Positions 36,783 to 47,908 of a DNA stretch of 64,000 nt are shown piece after piece. The stretch is taken from positions 1 to 64,000 of the forward strand of contig QPGO01000172.1 in NCBI GenBank assembly GCA_008632985.1, in the 5' to 3' direction. Source of the stretch: Psammoneis japonica (lineage: Eukaryota). The notes below the pieces were generated by a model. That model made no database searches, was not told the origin of the DNA, and saw only the letters and a program-made list of their open reading frames with translations. A program made the translations under genes and the position numbers. Positions within the stretch are counted from its first letter, which is position 1. Each line of letters opens with the position of its first letter.

Positions 36783-37179
36783 GACGCGTTCCAGCCCTAG
36801 GTGGGAGCTCGTAGCACTGACGTGTGACACAAATGATTTTTATCATCCGTCGTATGTTTCGCACGTACATTTCTACGTGTGATATTTAAAAAAAAATTGT
36901 CCAGACTCGCTGTTTTGCGAAGCCCCAGACGTTTTATATGGTGAATTTATAGAAACAATGATGTGCCAGTTACATTCTTCAATGTCTGAAGAATGTAACT
37001 GGCTAAGTAAAAAATGATGTACTTCGATCATGGGCGAGTTTGTGCGTTCGCAAAATTGCCTCATTTTCTGTTGGCGATCATTGACATTATAATTACCGTA
37101 TAATTTTACTACGGAGCTCGCACGTAGAATTCTACGGGCCCAATGTCACACAGATTCCCACCTGCATCTGGAACGCGTC
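36783..37179. mobile_element. MITE family 1, copy 2 (397 bp, 4-bp TSD TGGC) inside the copy B transposase
   Basis: GACGCGTTCCAG..GGTGGGA / TCCCACC..CTGGAACGCGTC; TGGC at 36779-36782 and 37180-37183. The empty site reads GTGCTGGCCAG in copies A and C. Confidence 0.93.
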
Positions 37180-38335
37180 TGGCCTGCAGTGCCACCCCTG
37201 CGGTCGAAAGCAAAACTGGTGAAGTGGCAAACGCTGCTGGGACCCGAATCCAAATTGGAGAAGGCACACGATTCACTGGCACATCATGGAAATTGTGGAA
37301 TGAGACATTCATTGATGGACTTGATCACTTTGGAGGGATTGGCTTTGTGCAATGAAACAATCGAAGAGAAGGAGTGAATCGAGAAAATGGGTGCAACAGC
37401 GCGAGCCAAGATTCTGTGTGACTTTTGGGGTGTGGTCACTCATCGGAGTGCACTTGATCTAATTGAAGTCAACAACATTGCATCAAAGAAGGGGAAGAAA
37501 GCACCACACCCACATGTGAGGGAACTTGAGGGGGGCACCGGCGAGCATTTCTTGTCCCAGCACCTGCTGGAGCAGAACGCCAGAAATGAAACAATTGCTC
37601 CACACCCCGAGACAGATCGATGCATGTGCAATCTCTGTGGGACAAAACCGGTTGTAAATCCATGCAAGCGAACAACAAGATCAGAAGCTGGAAACCGTGA
37701 CAATGAGGAAACTGCAGCGGTGACAACCATCGAACCTGCATGTGGTGTTGCGGAAATTGCGATGGCTCCCGAGGTGGTGGTTGAACCTGTGTGCATGGAT
37801 GACACTCCATTGCCCAATGCAGCTCATGTTCAAGTCGAGAAGCAGCTCAACATGCTGCAGGTCATGAGAAGCACCCTGTCACAGCAGCTTGCTTTTGCAC
37901 CAAGCATGAGTGCAGCCCTCCCATCTGCTCCACATCAGGTGCAACCAGCTCTTTCAATTCTTAATGATCCGACATGGGATCAAAGGAAGCAGGACATTGA
38001 CTCGTGCTGTTGTCCTGTCTTCCTGCAATGCAAGCTGCAGCAAAGCTGCAGTGTGGCAGGGTGCCGACCAAGAGGTCGACCAGCACATTCTAAGGATTGC
38101 CCAAAGAGACAGCAGTCAAGGAGGCAGACACCATCATCAACAGGCACATTTCACGCATCACTGCTGACATTGATGTTCTCGTGAGATGGCCACTGGAAGC
38201 GATCTAGCCCAGAGATGCAGAGCTGAGTTTCCATGAGTTGTGTGAGCTCACTTTTTCATTTCTTGTCTGTCACACTTCTGCAACTGTTGGTTGTTGTGTC
38301 CTCCACATGCTTCATCACAATGCCACACCCAACCA

Positions 38336-38615
38336 CCACCTTTCAAGGGCAGGTGAACCCTGTCGCAACGGAGACTCAGGTCTGCGGTGGTTGAAGGCAC
38401 TCCCGTCCTGGGAAGCACCAGTCAACGCCTCACCGGGGAGCCACCCCTTGGCTCTCGCGGGCCGTCTCAATGTTCAGAGGTGGGGCCACATGAACATCAT
38501 TGCAGAAAAAATTGCCGAGGTGCTGCTGCAGTTGGCAACCTTGGCAGCAGCCCGTGTCATTTGCAGATGAGGGCCACCTCGTCTGCCGCTTGTGCACGGA
38601 CTTTTCCAAAAGTGG
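38336..38615 (-). ncRNA. Putative structured ncRNA/ssDNA module, copy B
   Basis: Close homologue of 32630-32911 with the same boundaries. Confidence 0.45.
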
Positions 38616-40212
38616 CAGATTGCAGATTGCCAACCGACACAAACTGCCACCACAACCAACACATGGCTGTCAATCCCTTCAAATCGAGTTTCAATGGTGC
38701 CTGCGGCAATGCCCCTTGCAGCACCATTTCCAGTCATCCTGAAACACCGCTCCAATGGCCAGCCAACTCTCATTGATGACGGGTGAAGACCAGACTGGAG
38801 CCACAATGGTTTCAATGCAAACCACAGCAAGAGGGATGCCAAAATGCTCAAAGCTTTGAGGAGGGCAACGAACAGAAATTGCAACACAAGAGGTGAGTGA
38901 AGAGTTCTGCAAATGGAAAAAGTGCCAAGGCATTTCTCATCCATTTTTTGCGTTTTTCATGCCTCTCTTTTCACATGTTCATTTGTCACAGAGAATTGCA
39001 ATGCGTGCTTTGTTGGTGCAGCAGCAGCACAGGTGACGACGGCAATGTCAACTGCCGGCTCTTGTGGCTGTCATGGTCGATTTTTTGTGTTGTGTCGGAG
39101 GGAAACGACTGACACGACGTAGATTTCTACGTAGAAATCATGCCATGAGCACTTCAACACCACAATGTCCATGTCAGTGCCTCGCACGAATGTACTTCAA
39201 CATGCAAGTCACCCGGAGATCTTGCGCATCGGGTTGCGAAAATGGAGAAAGAGTTGAGAATCGCTCTCCAAACCACTTCCACATTGTAGATCAAGCTCGC
39301 TGCACTCGCAACCCCTTCCTCTCTCCCTTTCTTTCTCCCCTCTTCCTCCTTCTTTCTCCTCTCCCCTCCCCCCCTCTCTTGGAGTCACCAACCCCCCCAA
39401 AACCAAAGTGGATTTTGGGGGGGTTAGTGACTCCACGAGAGGGGGGGAGGGGAGAGGAGAAAGAAGGAGGAAGAGGAGAGAAAGGAAGGAGAGAGGAAGG
39501 GGTTGCGAGGGCAGCGAGCTTGATCTAAATTGCGGAAGTGGTTTGAAGAGCGATCCTCACTTCTTTCTCCCTTTTCACCACCCGATGTGTCAGATCTCCG
39601 GGTGCTCGCATGTTGAAGTAATTTGGCGTGGTGACACCGATGAGACATTGTAGTGTTGAAGTATCTCTAGTATGAATTTTACGTAGAAATCTACGCAATT
39701 CAGGAGTTTCCCTCCGACACCAAACAAAAAATCGACCATGACAGCTGCAAGAGCCGGTAGTTGAAATTGTCGCCGTCACTTGTGATACTGCCGTGACAAC
39801 AAAGCACGCATTAAAACTCTCTCTGACAAACGAATATACGAAAAGAGAGGTATGAAAAACGTGAAAAATGGATAAGAAATGCGTTGGTACTTTTGCCATT
39901 TTTAGAACTCGTCTCTCACTCTTGCGTTGCAATTTCTGTTCGTTCTTGACAGATTGAAGAGCCCTCCTTTAAGTATTGAGCATTAATGGCGTCTCGTACG
40001 CTGATGTTTCGTATTGCAATCGTTGTGGTTCCAGTCGACTCTTCTCCAGTCGTCAATGAGGGTTTGCTAGTCATCGGGGTGGCGTTTCAGGATTTTTGCA
40101 GTATCGCTGCTTGCGGCGCTGCCTCAGGTGCCATTGACACGCTACTTGAAGAGACTGATGGCCATACATTGATTGTGGGTGCGGTTTGTGTCGTTTTTTT
40201 ATCTACAATCTA

Positions 40213-40495
40213 CCACTTTGGCTGGAAAAGTCCGCGTATAAGCGGCAGACGAGGTTGCCCTCGTCTTTAAATAACACGGGCCACTGCCGAGGTTGCTGAC
40301 TGCAGCAGCGCCTCGGTAATTTTTTTCTGCAATAATATTCATGTGGCCCCACCTCTGAACATTGAGACGGCTGACGAGAGCCAAGGGGTTGCTCCCCGGT
40401 AAGGCGTTGACTGGTACTTCCAAGGACGGGAGTGCCTTCAATCGCCGCAGACCCGAATCTCCGTTGCGATAGGGTTCACCTGCCCTCAAAGGTGG
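40213..40495 (+). ncRNA. Putative structured ncRNA/ssDNA module, copy C
   Basis: Terminal stem CCACTTTG/CAAAGGTGG; GGTACTTCC-AAGGAC-GGGAGTGCC (9 bp, two G-U); TGCCGAGG..CCTCGGTA; AGACGAGG-TTGC-CCTCGTCT. Conserved although the adjacent 40500-40880 segment does not align with copies A/B. Confidence 0.55.
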
Positions 40496-40895
40496 TTTGG
40501 ATTGTTAAAGTTTTGCAGCTGGGTGGCACAGGGAGCAGGTGGCACTGGATCAGTTGTGCAGGAGCATGGGAGTCTACGGTGTTGGAGCAGCTGGTCGTGG
40601 TTCTGTTGCATTGCAAACGTTACTTTTGTCCTAGAGCTCATCTCTGTGGCATTGTTTCTGACTTCAGTCATTAACAGCGTGTTCCATAGGGCACGCAAGA
40701 ACGACGGCTGCTTCAGCTCTTACGACCACTGCTGCAACTCTTGTGACTGCTGCTGTTGTTGCGACTGCTGCAACTCTTGCGAACCCGGCTAAAAACAAAG
40801 GTTGTTGATACTGTTGGAGTGTAGGAATCGGCAGCGTTGAAATAAAATAGTGAATCAAAAACTCATGCATAAAATGTACCTGGCAATGATAACAT

Positions 40896-43800
40896 CTACC
40901 TTCTTGACTGCTGTCTCTTTGGGCAATCCTTAGAATGCGCTGGTCGACCTCTTGGTCGGCACCCCGTCACGCTGTAGCTTTGCTGCAGCTTGTATTGTAG
41001 GAAAGCAGGACAACAGTACGGATCAATGTCTCGCTTCCTTTGATCTCGTATTGGATCATTAAGAGTTGAAAGAGCCGGTTGCACTTGATATGGAACAGAT
41101 GGGAGGGCTGCACTCATGCTCGATGCAAAAGCAAGCTGTTGCGAGAGGGTGCTTCTCATGGCTTGCAACATGTTGAACTGCTCCTCGACTTGAACGTGAG
41201 CTGCATTAAGCAATGGAGTGGCATCCATGCACACAGGTTCAACCGTCACCTCGGGAGCCATCGCAATTTCGACAATGCCGCTTGTAGGTTCAACGGTTGG
41301 CGCCGCTGCAGTTTCCCCATCGTCACGGTTTCCAACTTCTGATCTTGTTGTTCGCTTGTATGGATTTTGCACCGGTTTCGTCCCACAGAGATTGCACATG
41401 CATCGATCTGTCTCGGGGTGTGGAGCAATCGTTTCATTTCTTGCATTCTGCTCCAGCAGGTACTGGGACAAGAAATGCTCGCCGGTGTCCTCCTCGAGTT
41501 CCCTTACATTCGGACATGGCGCTTTCTTCCCCTTTTTTATTGCAAGGTTATTGATTTCAATTAGATCAAGTACATTCCGATGAGTAACCACGCCCCGAAA
41601 GTCATGTGGAATCTTGGCTCGCGCCGTTGCATCCATTTTCTCGATTCGCTCCTTCTCTTCGATTGTTTCATTGTACAAAACTAATCCTTCCAACGTAAGC
41701 AAGTCCATCAATGAATGTCTCATTCCGCAATTTCCACAATGTGCCAGTGAATCGTGTGCCTTCTCCAATTTGGATTCTGGTCCTAGCAGCGTTCGCCACT
41801 TTACTAGTTTTGCTTTCGACCGCAGGGACGGCGCTGCTGGCCAGCACTGCTCCGACTTCGGCACTGGAGTGTCTAATCCCTTAGAGGTTTCTTTCGCATT
41901 CAAAATTGCATCCTTTGTGTCGGTTGTAAACAGTGTTAGTCCACTGTCTGGATCTAGCCGTCCTCCGGCAGCGGGGGCTCCGTCGGAGGCAGTGCACTTG
42001 TATCGAGCAAACCAATCCTCAAGCAAAGTGAGCCTTTTCTCCAGCGGGTGCCTCCAGAGACGAATGTATTCCTGGTAGTGCTTCCACCTTGAAGAGTGGA
42101 TGATATCTTGCATCTCCTCGTCAGAATGCTTTTTGTTGTTTGGAGTGCCATCCTTCAGGGCTTGTATCACAGCTTGGCGGTCGGACCACTCGGCATACGA
42201 TGCGGTCGCCTTAAGATCACTTACAGCTTGCCAATAATCAGCATGCTCTTTTCGGAGCGTTCTTACAATTCGATGCATCCAATGAAAGAGCCCGAGCAGA
42301 CAGATTAGGTTCATTCCGAAAATTGTCTTCCATAGCTGCGACTTATGCGGCCAGGTGTCGCTGTAGTGGATTTTCGGTCGTACGTTTTTTCGCCTGGCAA
42401 ACTGTTCTGCCGCGTGAGCAAAATCTTTTGCTTCCAATGTTGGGGTTAGGCAAGCGGTTCCTACCTGCCCCTTTTCATTGCACATGGTGAACAGGCCAGC
42501 TGCTCCACCTGCTTTCTTTGAGTGGTTTTTGAGAATCTGAAAAGTGTGATCGGATGCGACACTCACGGCGGCTCCAACCATCTGTGTCAATCTCGTGCAC
42601 CTGTCATACGAGGACGTGGCCAGAGCTGTCAATTTTGATTTGCCGCTTTCGTCATAAAGATCGAGAAGTGCATAGCCTGATGGACTGCACCCGCCCATCC
42701 AATCCTCAAAAGACACCCAGTCTTCGGTTTTGTCTATGGCTCGGTCATGGCATTCTTTCTGGAGGTCCTTGAAATGGTCGGCTCGCATTTGGTGCAGCAT
42801 GTGCGAGAACTTGTCCCCGCCTGCGTACGTGACAATAATGGACTCAAGGAGTCTTGTAGTTTCCTTGGTAAGATGCCACTTGTTGGTTGCACTAGCACAC
42901 TTAGGCAACGTTGGACATGCTGACTGTAGGCTTTTTGGCAGCTTGTGCAGTAGTCGACCGTCGTTGCCCTTGCATCGAATTTTGCATTGATTGCATTCGT
43001 ACCACATTGACACCGCCATGTGCGTCTTCCCGCTGATGCAACACATTGGTGTCGCCCCACCGCATCGAGTAAAGTCCATACGGTCATGAATCATTTCACC
43101 GTCGCACTCTCCGTCAATGCAGGGGATGTAGATGTTAGGATGATTCAGCTCCCAACAAACAATGTGCATTGTCATACCTTGCAGCTGATGGCAGCAACAA
43201 TCAGGTGGCAATGTGCAGTCATCCTTGGGAACTTCAAATGACATTGTACCAGGAGGAAAAGTTTCATCCTTAAGCTCCAGCATCTCGTTGAGCTCAACAC
43301 TTTTTGCTGTAGCCACAGGATGCTTGTTGCTGCCTTGCTCGAATCTGGGCTTGACAGAGTCCAACAGACAGCTGATGAGAGCACTTGCTGCAGCCGGGCA
43401 CTTCGTCCTCTCCTCGGAGTTCTCGTGTTTTTTTGCTCTTGCTCGAATCTCTTGTTTCAAAGTCTCAACCGAAAATTTTGTAATGGCGGCCGCCTTGCAA
43501 GCATCATCCGTGCACTCCACGGGGCCTGCAGCACCAGCCACCCCCGAATTCACCGGCTTGCAAACATTGGAAACACCTGGAGGAGGCAATGTGATGCGAG
43601 CTTCAGGTCTCTGTGTTCCAAAATGGTCTCGCATGGTCGAAACTCCCTCAACTGGGGCAGCCGGAATCGTGTTGTTCATTTCGTGCAGCTCTTCATTGCG
43701 TCGCTCTGCATCCATGGCAGCTTTGGTGACGTTCACTTGCGAGCACCTTTTTGAAAATTTGCATGTGGGATCATGGCCATGATGACATGTAGGACCTCTC

Positions 43801-44201
43801 TCACATCTCTTGCATTTCTTCGTTCCGTCGTCTACTCTTGCCACCTTGCGCCCACTAAAATCGCTCTGATGCGTCCGCTTCTGGCGTGTGTGCGCTTGGC
43901 TTTTGCTCGTTTTGATGGAGCCTTTGCGTTTCTGGGATTGAATGCCCATGTTTCTAAAGAAAGGATGCAGCTGCCGCTCTTCGGCCTCTTTTGTTGGAGC
44001 AGATTCTTCTGTTACGTCCGTCATCATCGAAGCACCAGCAGAGATTGCACTTTTCTCTCTCGTGGGTTTTTTTTGTGAGAGAATTTTTCTCATCGCGTGA
44101 GAAGTCTGTGTTGTTGTGATTTTCCGTGGCGCGAAAGGAAGATGACAGTCGGTCTCCGCATCATTCTGATTCTTGTGTCTGCTTTTGGAGAGTTGTCTCA
44201 A
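40896..44201 (-). CDS. Transposase of copy C, uninterrupted 1101-codon frame (first ATG at 44093); DDE, Mutator-like
   Basis: VASDHTF, IHYSDTWP, LGLFHWMHRI, PESKLEKAH, CxxC/H clusters. Keeps several Tyr that are Cys/His in A and B but is itself partly converted, so activity is doubtful. Confidence 0.75.
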   Translation of the reverse strand: MRQLSKSRHKNQNDAETDCHLPFAPRKITTTQTSHAMRKILSQKKPTREKSAISAGASMMTDVTEESAPTKEAEERQLHPFFRNMGIQSQKRKGSIKTSKSQAHTRQKRTHQSDFSGRKVARVDDGTKKCKRCERGPTCHHGHDPTCKFSKRCSQVNVTKAAMDAERRNEELHEMNNTIPAAPVEGVSTMRDHFGTQRPEARITLPPPGVSNVCKPVNSGVAGAAGPVECTDDACKAAAITKFSVETLKQEIRARAKKHENSEERTKCPAAASALISCLLDSVKPRFEQGSNKHPVATAKSVELNEMLELKDETFPPGTMSFEVPKDDCTLPPDCCCHQLQGMTMHIVCWELNHPNIYIPCIDGECDGEMIHDRMDFTRCGGATPMCCISGKTHMAVSMWYECNQCKIRCKGNDGRLLHKLPKSLQSACPTLPKCASATNKWHLTKETTRLLESIIVTYAGGDKFSHMLHQMRADHFKDLQKECHDRAIDKTEDWVSFEDWMGGCSPSGYALLDLYDESGKSKLTALATSSYDRCTRLTQMVGAAVSVASDHTFQILKNHSKKAGGAAGLFTMCNEKGQVGTACLTPTLEAKDFAHAAEQFARRKNVRPKIHYSDTWPHKSQLWKTIFGMNLICLLGLFHWMHRIVRTLRKEHADYWQAVSDLKATASYAEWSDRQAVIQALKDGTPNNKKHSDEEMQDIIHSSRWKHYQEYIRLWRHPLEKRLTLLEDWFARYKCTASDGAPAAGGRLDPDSGLTLFTTDTKDAILNAKETSKGLDTPVPKSEQCWPAAPSLRSKAKLVKWRTLLGPESKLEKAHDSLAHCGNCGMRHSLMDLLTLEGLVLYNETIEEKERIEKMDATARAKIPHDFRGVVTHRNVLDLIEINNLAIKKGKKAPCPNVRELEEDTGEHFLSQYLLEQNARNETIAPHPETDRCMCNLCGTKPVQNPYKRTTRSEVGNRDDGETAAAPTVEPTSGIVEIAMAPEVTVEPVCMDATPLLNAAHVQVEEQFNMLQAMRSTLSQQLAFASSMSAALPSVPYQVQPALSTLNDPIRDQRKRDIDPYCCPAFLQYKLQQSYSVTGCRPRGRPAHSKDCPKRQQSRR

Positions 44202-44518
44202 CCTCCTCGTCCCTAAGTGATTGCGTCAGATTTTCCAAAAAAGTGTTAATTAATTAGTCGGAAAGTCCTCGACTTTCCGAGGGTCTCCCCAAGTAGAAAT
44301 CCCAAATGCTGAATTCTGATTGGCTCTCGTAGCGCCATTCATGGTGAGGCAATTAATCAGTGTCGTGCTTTCCGTTGCCACGCACATGACAGTTATTTAT
44401 ATTTATTCTGAGGCACTGTTGTGAGACACATTTTTTGTGATGTACGGTACCGTATATCATCATCGTCCGCGCAACCACACACCACGAGAATGCGCAATGC
44501 GCAACACTTTACTGATAC

Positions 44519-44871
44519 CCCTGCTTATTTTTCACGAGCTCTAATTTGCACACGAACCACATGCTGGTTCCTGTGCATTTACGTACATTTTATACCAGCC
44601 GCATCGTAGAGGGGTGTTGTTTGCCGGCCCCGACGAACTCTTTCTCAGACATAAAATACTTTTCACGACGTTCCGGCACATGACTGCCGGCTCGGTGGAC
44701 ACTGTTTCGAGTGCGTTTTCACGTAGAGCCTACTGCAGATGTAGGCGTTCAGATTTAATTCGGTACAAATCTACGCAGCATTTTGCGTAGGGTGCACACG
44801 AACCACCAGGTGGTTCGTGTGCACCCAAAAATGCACACGGACCACCAGGTGGTTCGTGTGCATAAGCAGGG
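44519..44871. mobile_element. MITE (353 bp, TIR CCCTGCTTAT, 4-bp TSD ATAC) with three internal palindromes
   Basis: ATAC|CCCTGCTTAT ... ATAAGCAGGG|ATAC; palindromes GTGCACACGAACCACC-A-GGTGGTTCGTGTGCAC (44792-44824), a near copy at 44831-44863 and a degenerate one at ~44547-44578. Confidence 0.8.
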
Positions 44872-46619
44872 ATACGGCCTGATACTGTACCCCTTGCTTT
44901 ACTCTCGCCAGGGGGTTGCCGGAGATGACCATGTCTGTATTTTCTGAGATAGCCTACATCGATCTTGCAAGTGGGGCTCGTGGAAGTTCCATGCCGATAC
45001 CAGGAACTCTAGAGCGAAGTTCACGGTTCTTCAAAAACAATACGGTACTACCGTGCCCTCTCCACCGAATCAAGAAAACAGCGCTTTTCCAATCAATGAA
45101 TTCATCAACGCGAGAAGAAATCTCCCGAAAAGTCGACGAATGCGTGAACGAGGTATGTTGCAGACTGGGTTGCGCCGTTTACAAAAAAATATATGGGTCT
45201 CACAATTCGTTCTTGTTGTGCGGCATGCCGTAGAATGCATTTTCTAGTGTAGAGAAAGTTGGAGAAGATTTAGATATGTCATAACGAATGAATGAGAACG
45301 GAAGAAGGTGAGCAACAGAAGTGCAAGTCTAAGCGTTTTTACACTCTTTGAAGTGGATGTGTGTTTGACGGATAGAGAAGCGCGACTCTTGGTGGGATGT
45401 GTATTATTGGGGGATACTTGCCTTGAGGACGTACACGAGTTTCGTGTCGGCAACTTGTCCTTCGTGGGCATTGTAGCATAACTTATTGTTGACAGAGGAA
45501 AGCAGCAAAGAGAGCCAAAGAGTATTGCTTTAGCAGGAAAAGAATGGGATATGAGTGAATTAGACATGGAACATATAGAGGTTGAAGATACTGCCGGTAG
45601 TCAGAAGGCAAGAGAAGTACCTCCCCAAGATGAGGACAACGACACTGGATCGTCCGAGCACAAAACTCCCAAGAGGAAAAATGCAATTCGAAACTGGGCG
45701 GGTCTGTGCACTCGCCTCACCTTACTACTCGAGAGCTCTGCTCCTTCTTCTTATTGTATTCCACTACCATGTCCGCCTCTACCGGTATTACGAGCAGTGG
45801 TTTCTGTCTCCGTGGACGGTGGACGCCTTGATTGCTCCCATGGAGGCAACGCACATATCGCAACAAAACTTGTCGTGTGAATGGAGGGCCAACCAGCTTG
45901 AAAACCTCAATAAAAAATTTCAATCGCTATGAAGGATAGATTCACGCTCTCTACCAAGACTTGGGCAAATTAATCACGGGTCGAACCGAGGTCCCGTGTC
46001 CGGCCTGCTTTCAATGCGAGGCAAACTGTATGTAAGGGAGTTGGGGAATTTGAAAGTGTTGATGTCGTTGCCGTTGAATTTGAATTGCTGCTGTGGAACT
46101 CATTTCTATTTCTGTTGTTATAATCAGAAGTTAGTGCGTGACTCCGGATTGCTTGTTGGTGCACGAAAAGCGTGCCGACGTCTTGCGCAACGAACTCGTC
46201 AAGGCGGTGGAACGGTACGTTTATGACTTAAGGAGCCGTACTACTGGCAAATACGTATCTCAACTCACTCTCTCTTTTGCTTGATAGTCGAATTTGGTGC
46301 AGACCCGCAATAGTTGGAATTCGGACGGATTGGCAGTGGTTCACACGCCCAACTACTCGTGTCTCTCATGAAGGATGGCGGCAAGATTTAATGTGGTGGT
46401 CCAAAATGTGGCAACGCCGCGTCCCGCTTTGTACCATTCTTACAATCCTTGTGGTCAAGAGCAAGCCAGAAGCAACCGAGTTTATTCAAGTCATGCGGTG
46501 CGTGTTGAGTGTCCGTAGTGCTTGTGCATTTTGTGTTATTTTTCAGTCCGATCCGACGGCAAGCTTGACATTAACCCCCCTCGCTCATTCAGGCAGAAAC
46601 CCCTTGACGATACCTAATC

Positions 46620-47110
46620 ACTAAAAAGTATTTCCAGACAAGCTTAATTTTACACTTCGATTCGAGGTATGTAGGGGAGAGAGTCGTATGAAATACGGGT
46701 GACGGCTGGATGCCATGCACTGCGGACTTTCGGTGCGAGTCCAAAGATGCAAACATGCCGCCCGCATACAAGTGCATAATGACTAACAAGAGAGATTCTC
46801 GAGGGTCTTGATCTCCCTGGGTCGCAGCTCCAGAAGACTTAGATTGCTGTATCAAGAAGCATCCTCTATTAGTAGCTTTCGGTTCAAGAAGGGTGACTTG
46901 GTTACTGTCGACGCTCACAAGGCAGTCGTTGTGCCAAAGCGATACGTACAGCTTATCAAGCAAGCATGGATCACGGCAACCATCACTGCCGTGGACATCA
47001 CGGGTCGACATGATCACTATTACGTATACGAATGCACAGTTGCTGAAGAGAAAAGGCGATTCACGTGGTATATTTGGACGACACTGACGAGCATGTGGCA
47101 CGAAAAGACG
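46620..47110 (+). pseudogene. Coding-like fragment with two 'RF..G(D/E).V' SH3/Tudor-like starts, interrupted by stops
   Basis: ..RYVGERVV*NTGDGWMPCT.. and SSFRFKKGDLVTV..WITATITAVD..YYVYEC. Confidence 0.3.
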
Positions 47111-47709
47111 CAAATGCTCGGGAGAGGCTCATTGATGCCATCAACGAAAATTAGAACATTGGTTGTTACATGTATCTGACTTCTGACATGGATGGTTCCA
47201 TACAGGATTTGATCATTTTCAGGCGCAGACCCGCAATCGTTGGAATTGGGACGTCTTGTCACTGCTTCACACGCCCATCGACTCGTGTTTGCTCATGAGG
47301 TATGGCGGACATATTTTATGTGGTGTACCCCCCACCCTTGTGTTTAATCCACCCCGCATGTCAAAATTGTTGCAAGAAGAATATTTGGACCCATTCTTCC
47401 GATTGTTGTAGTGAAAATCAAGCAAGAAACAATCGAGTTTGTTCAAGGCATCGAGCGTCAATAGCGCTGGTGCGTTTCGTATCATTTGTCAGAGTGATCA
47501 TACGTGTTCCTATTCTATTTATTTTCCCGGTATTCCATTGGTCGTTCAAGCATTTACCAAATGCCAAGACGTCTTTGAGGAATTGACAAATACATGTCCG
47601 AGTGCAGCATCGACACGAAACGACGCCTTTGGTATTCAATCAACGTCACCATTTTTGCCCATGGGCTGCTTGCGAACTAGTGGACACGGATACTACCGTG
47701 GCAAGTACT

Positions 47710-47882
47710 TGCACTAAGCTAGCGTAACGTTAATCAGTTGATGAGAAAAAAGTGAGCTCTATGGTTAGACTACTCATTGATCTTCTATAGAATGGATCTG
47801 ACTCATCGCTTGCATCATCAGATGAGCGACGTCAGAAGATATCTGCAAGTGTGAATTATAGATCTTAGGGCGGCGTACTGCA
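47710..47882 (-). repeat. 3' LTR of the Gypsy element
   Basis: TGCACTAAGC...CGTACTGCA on + strand; matches 52517-52689. Confidence 0.97.
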
Positions 47883-47908
47883 TTCGCTTCCCCAAGGGTA
47901 TAGTAAGG

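Larger units (their letters stand above)
33724..39405 (+). mobile_element. DDE DNA transposon copy B, most degenerate, with two nested MITEs
   Basis: Begins GAGGGAGGATCAGGAATGGCGCT directly after copy A. Transposase broken into ORFs 34452.., 34947.., 35592.., 35987.., 36452.., 37189.., 37387... Ends GGAGTCACCAACCCCCCCAAAACCA. Confidence 0.88.
39409..44340 (-). mobile_element. DDE DNA transposon copy C (least mutated), tail-to-tail with copy B; both termini slightly truncated
   Basis: Left-end homology starts at GAATGGCGCTACGAGAGCC (rc of 44340 downward); right end GGAGTCACTAACCCCCCCAAAATCCA (rc ending 39409). Confidence 0.9.

Noticed and set aside
40213..40495. Module as RNase P/MRP RNA, SRP RNA, hammerhead or group I/II intron
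   Set aside because: GGAAAAGTCC resembles CR-I but sits right after the terminal stem with no P2/P3 or clear CR-V; no SRP helix-8 CAGG-GNRA-AGCAG geometry, no CUGAUGA/GAAA core and no intron P7 or domain V motifs seen by eye. An Rfam search is still needed.
45551..45932. ORF MSELDMEHIEV.. as a gene
   Set aside because: Plausible start but no recognisable domain and broken frames; cannot be supported.
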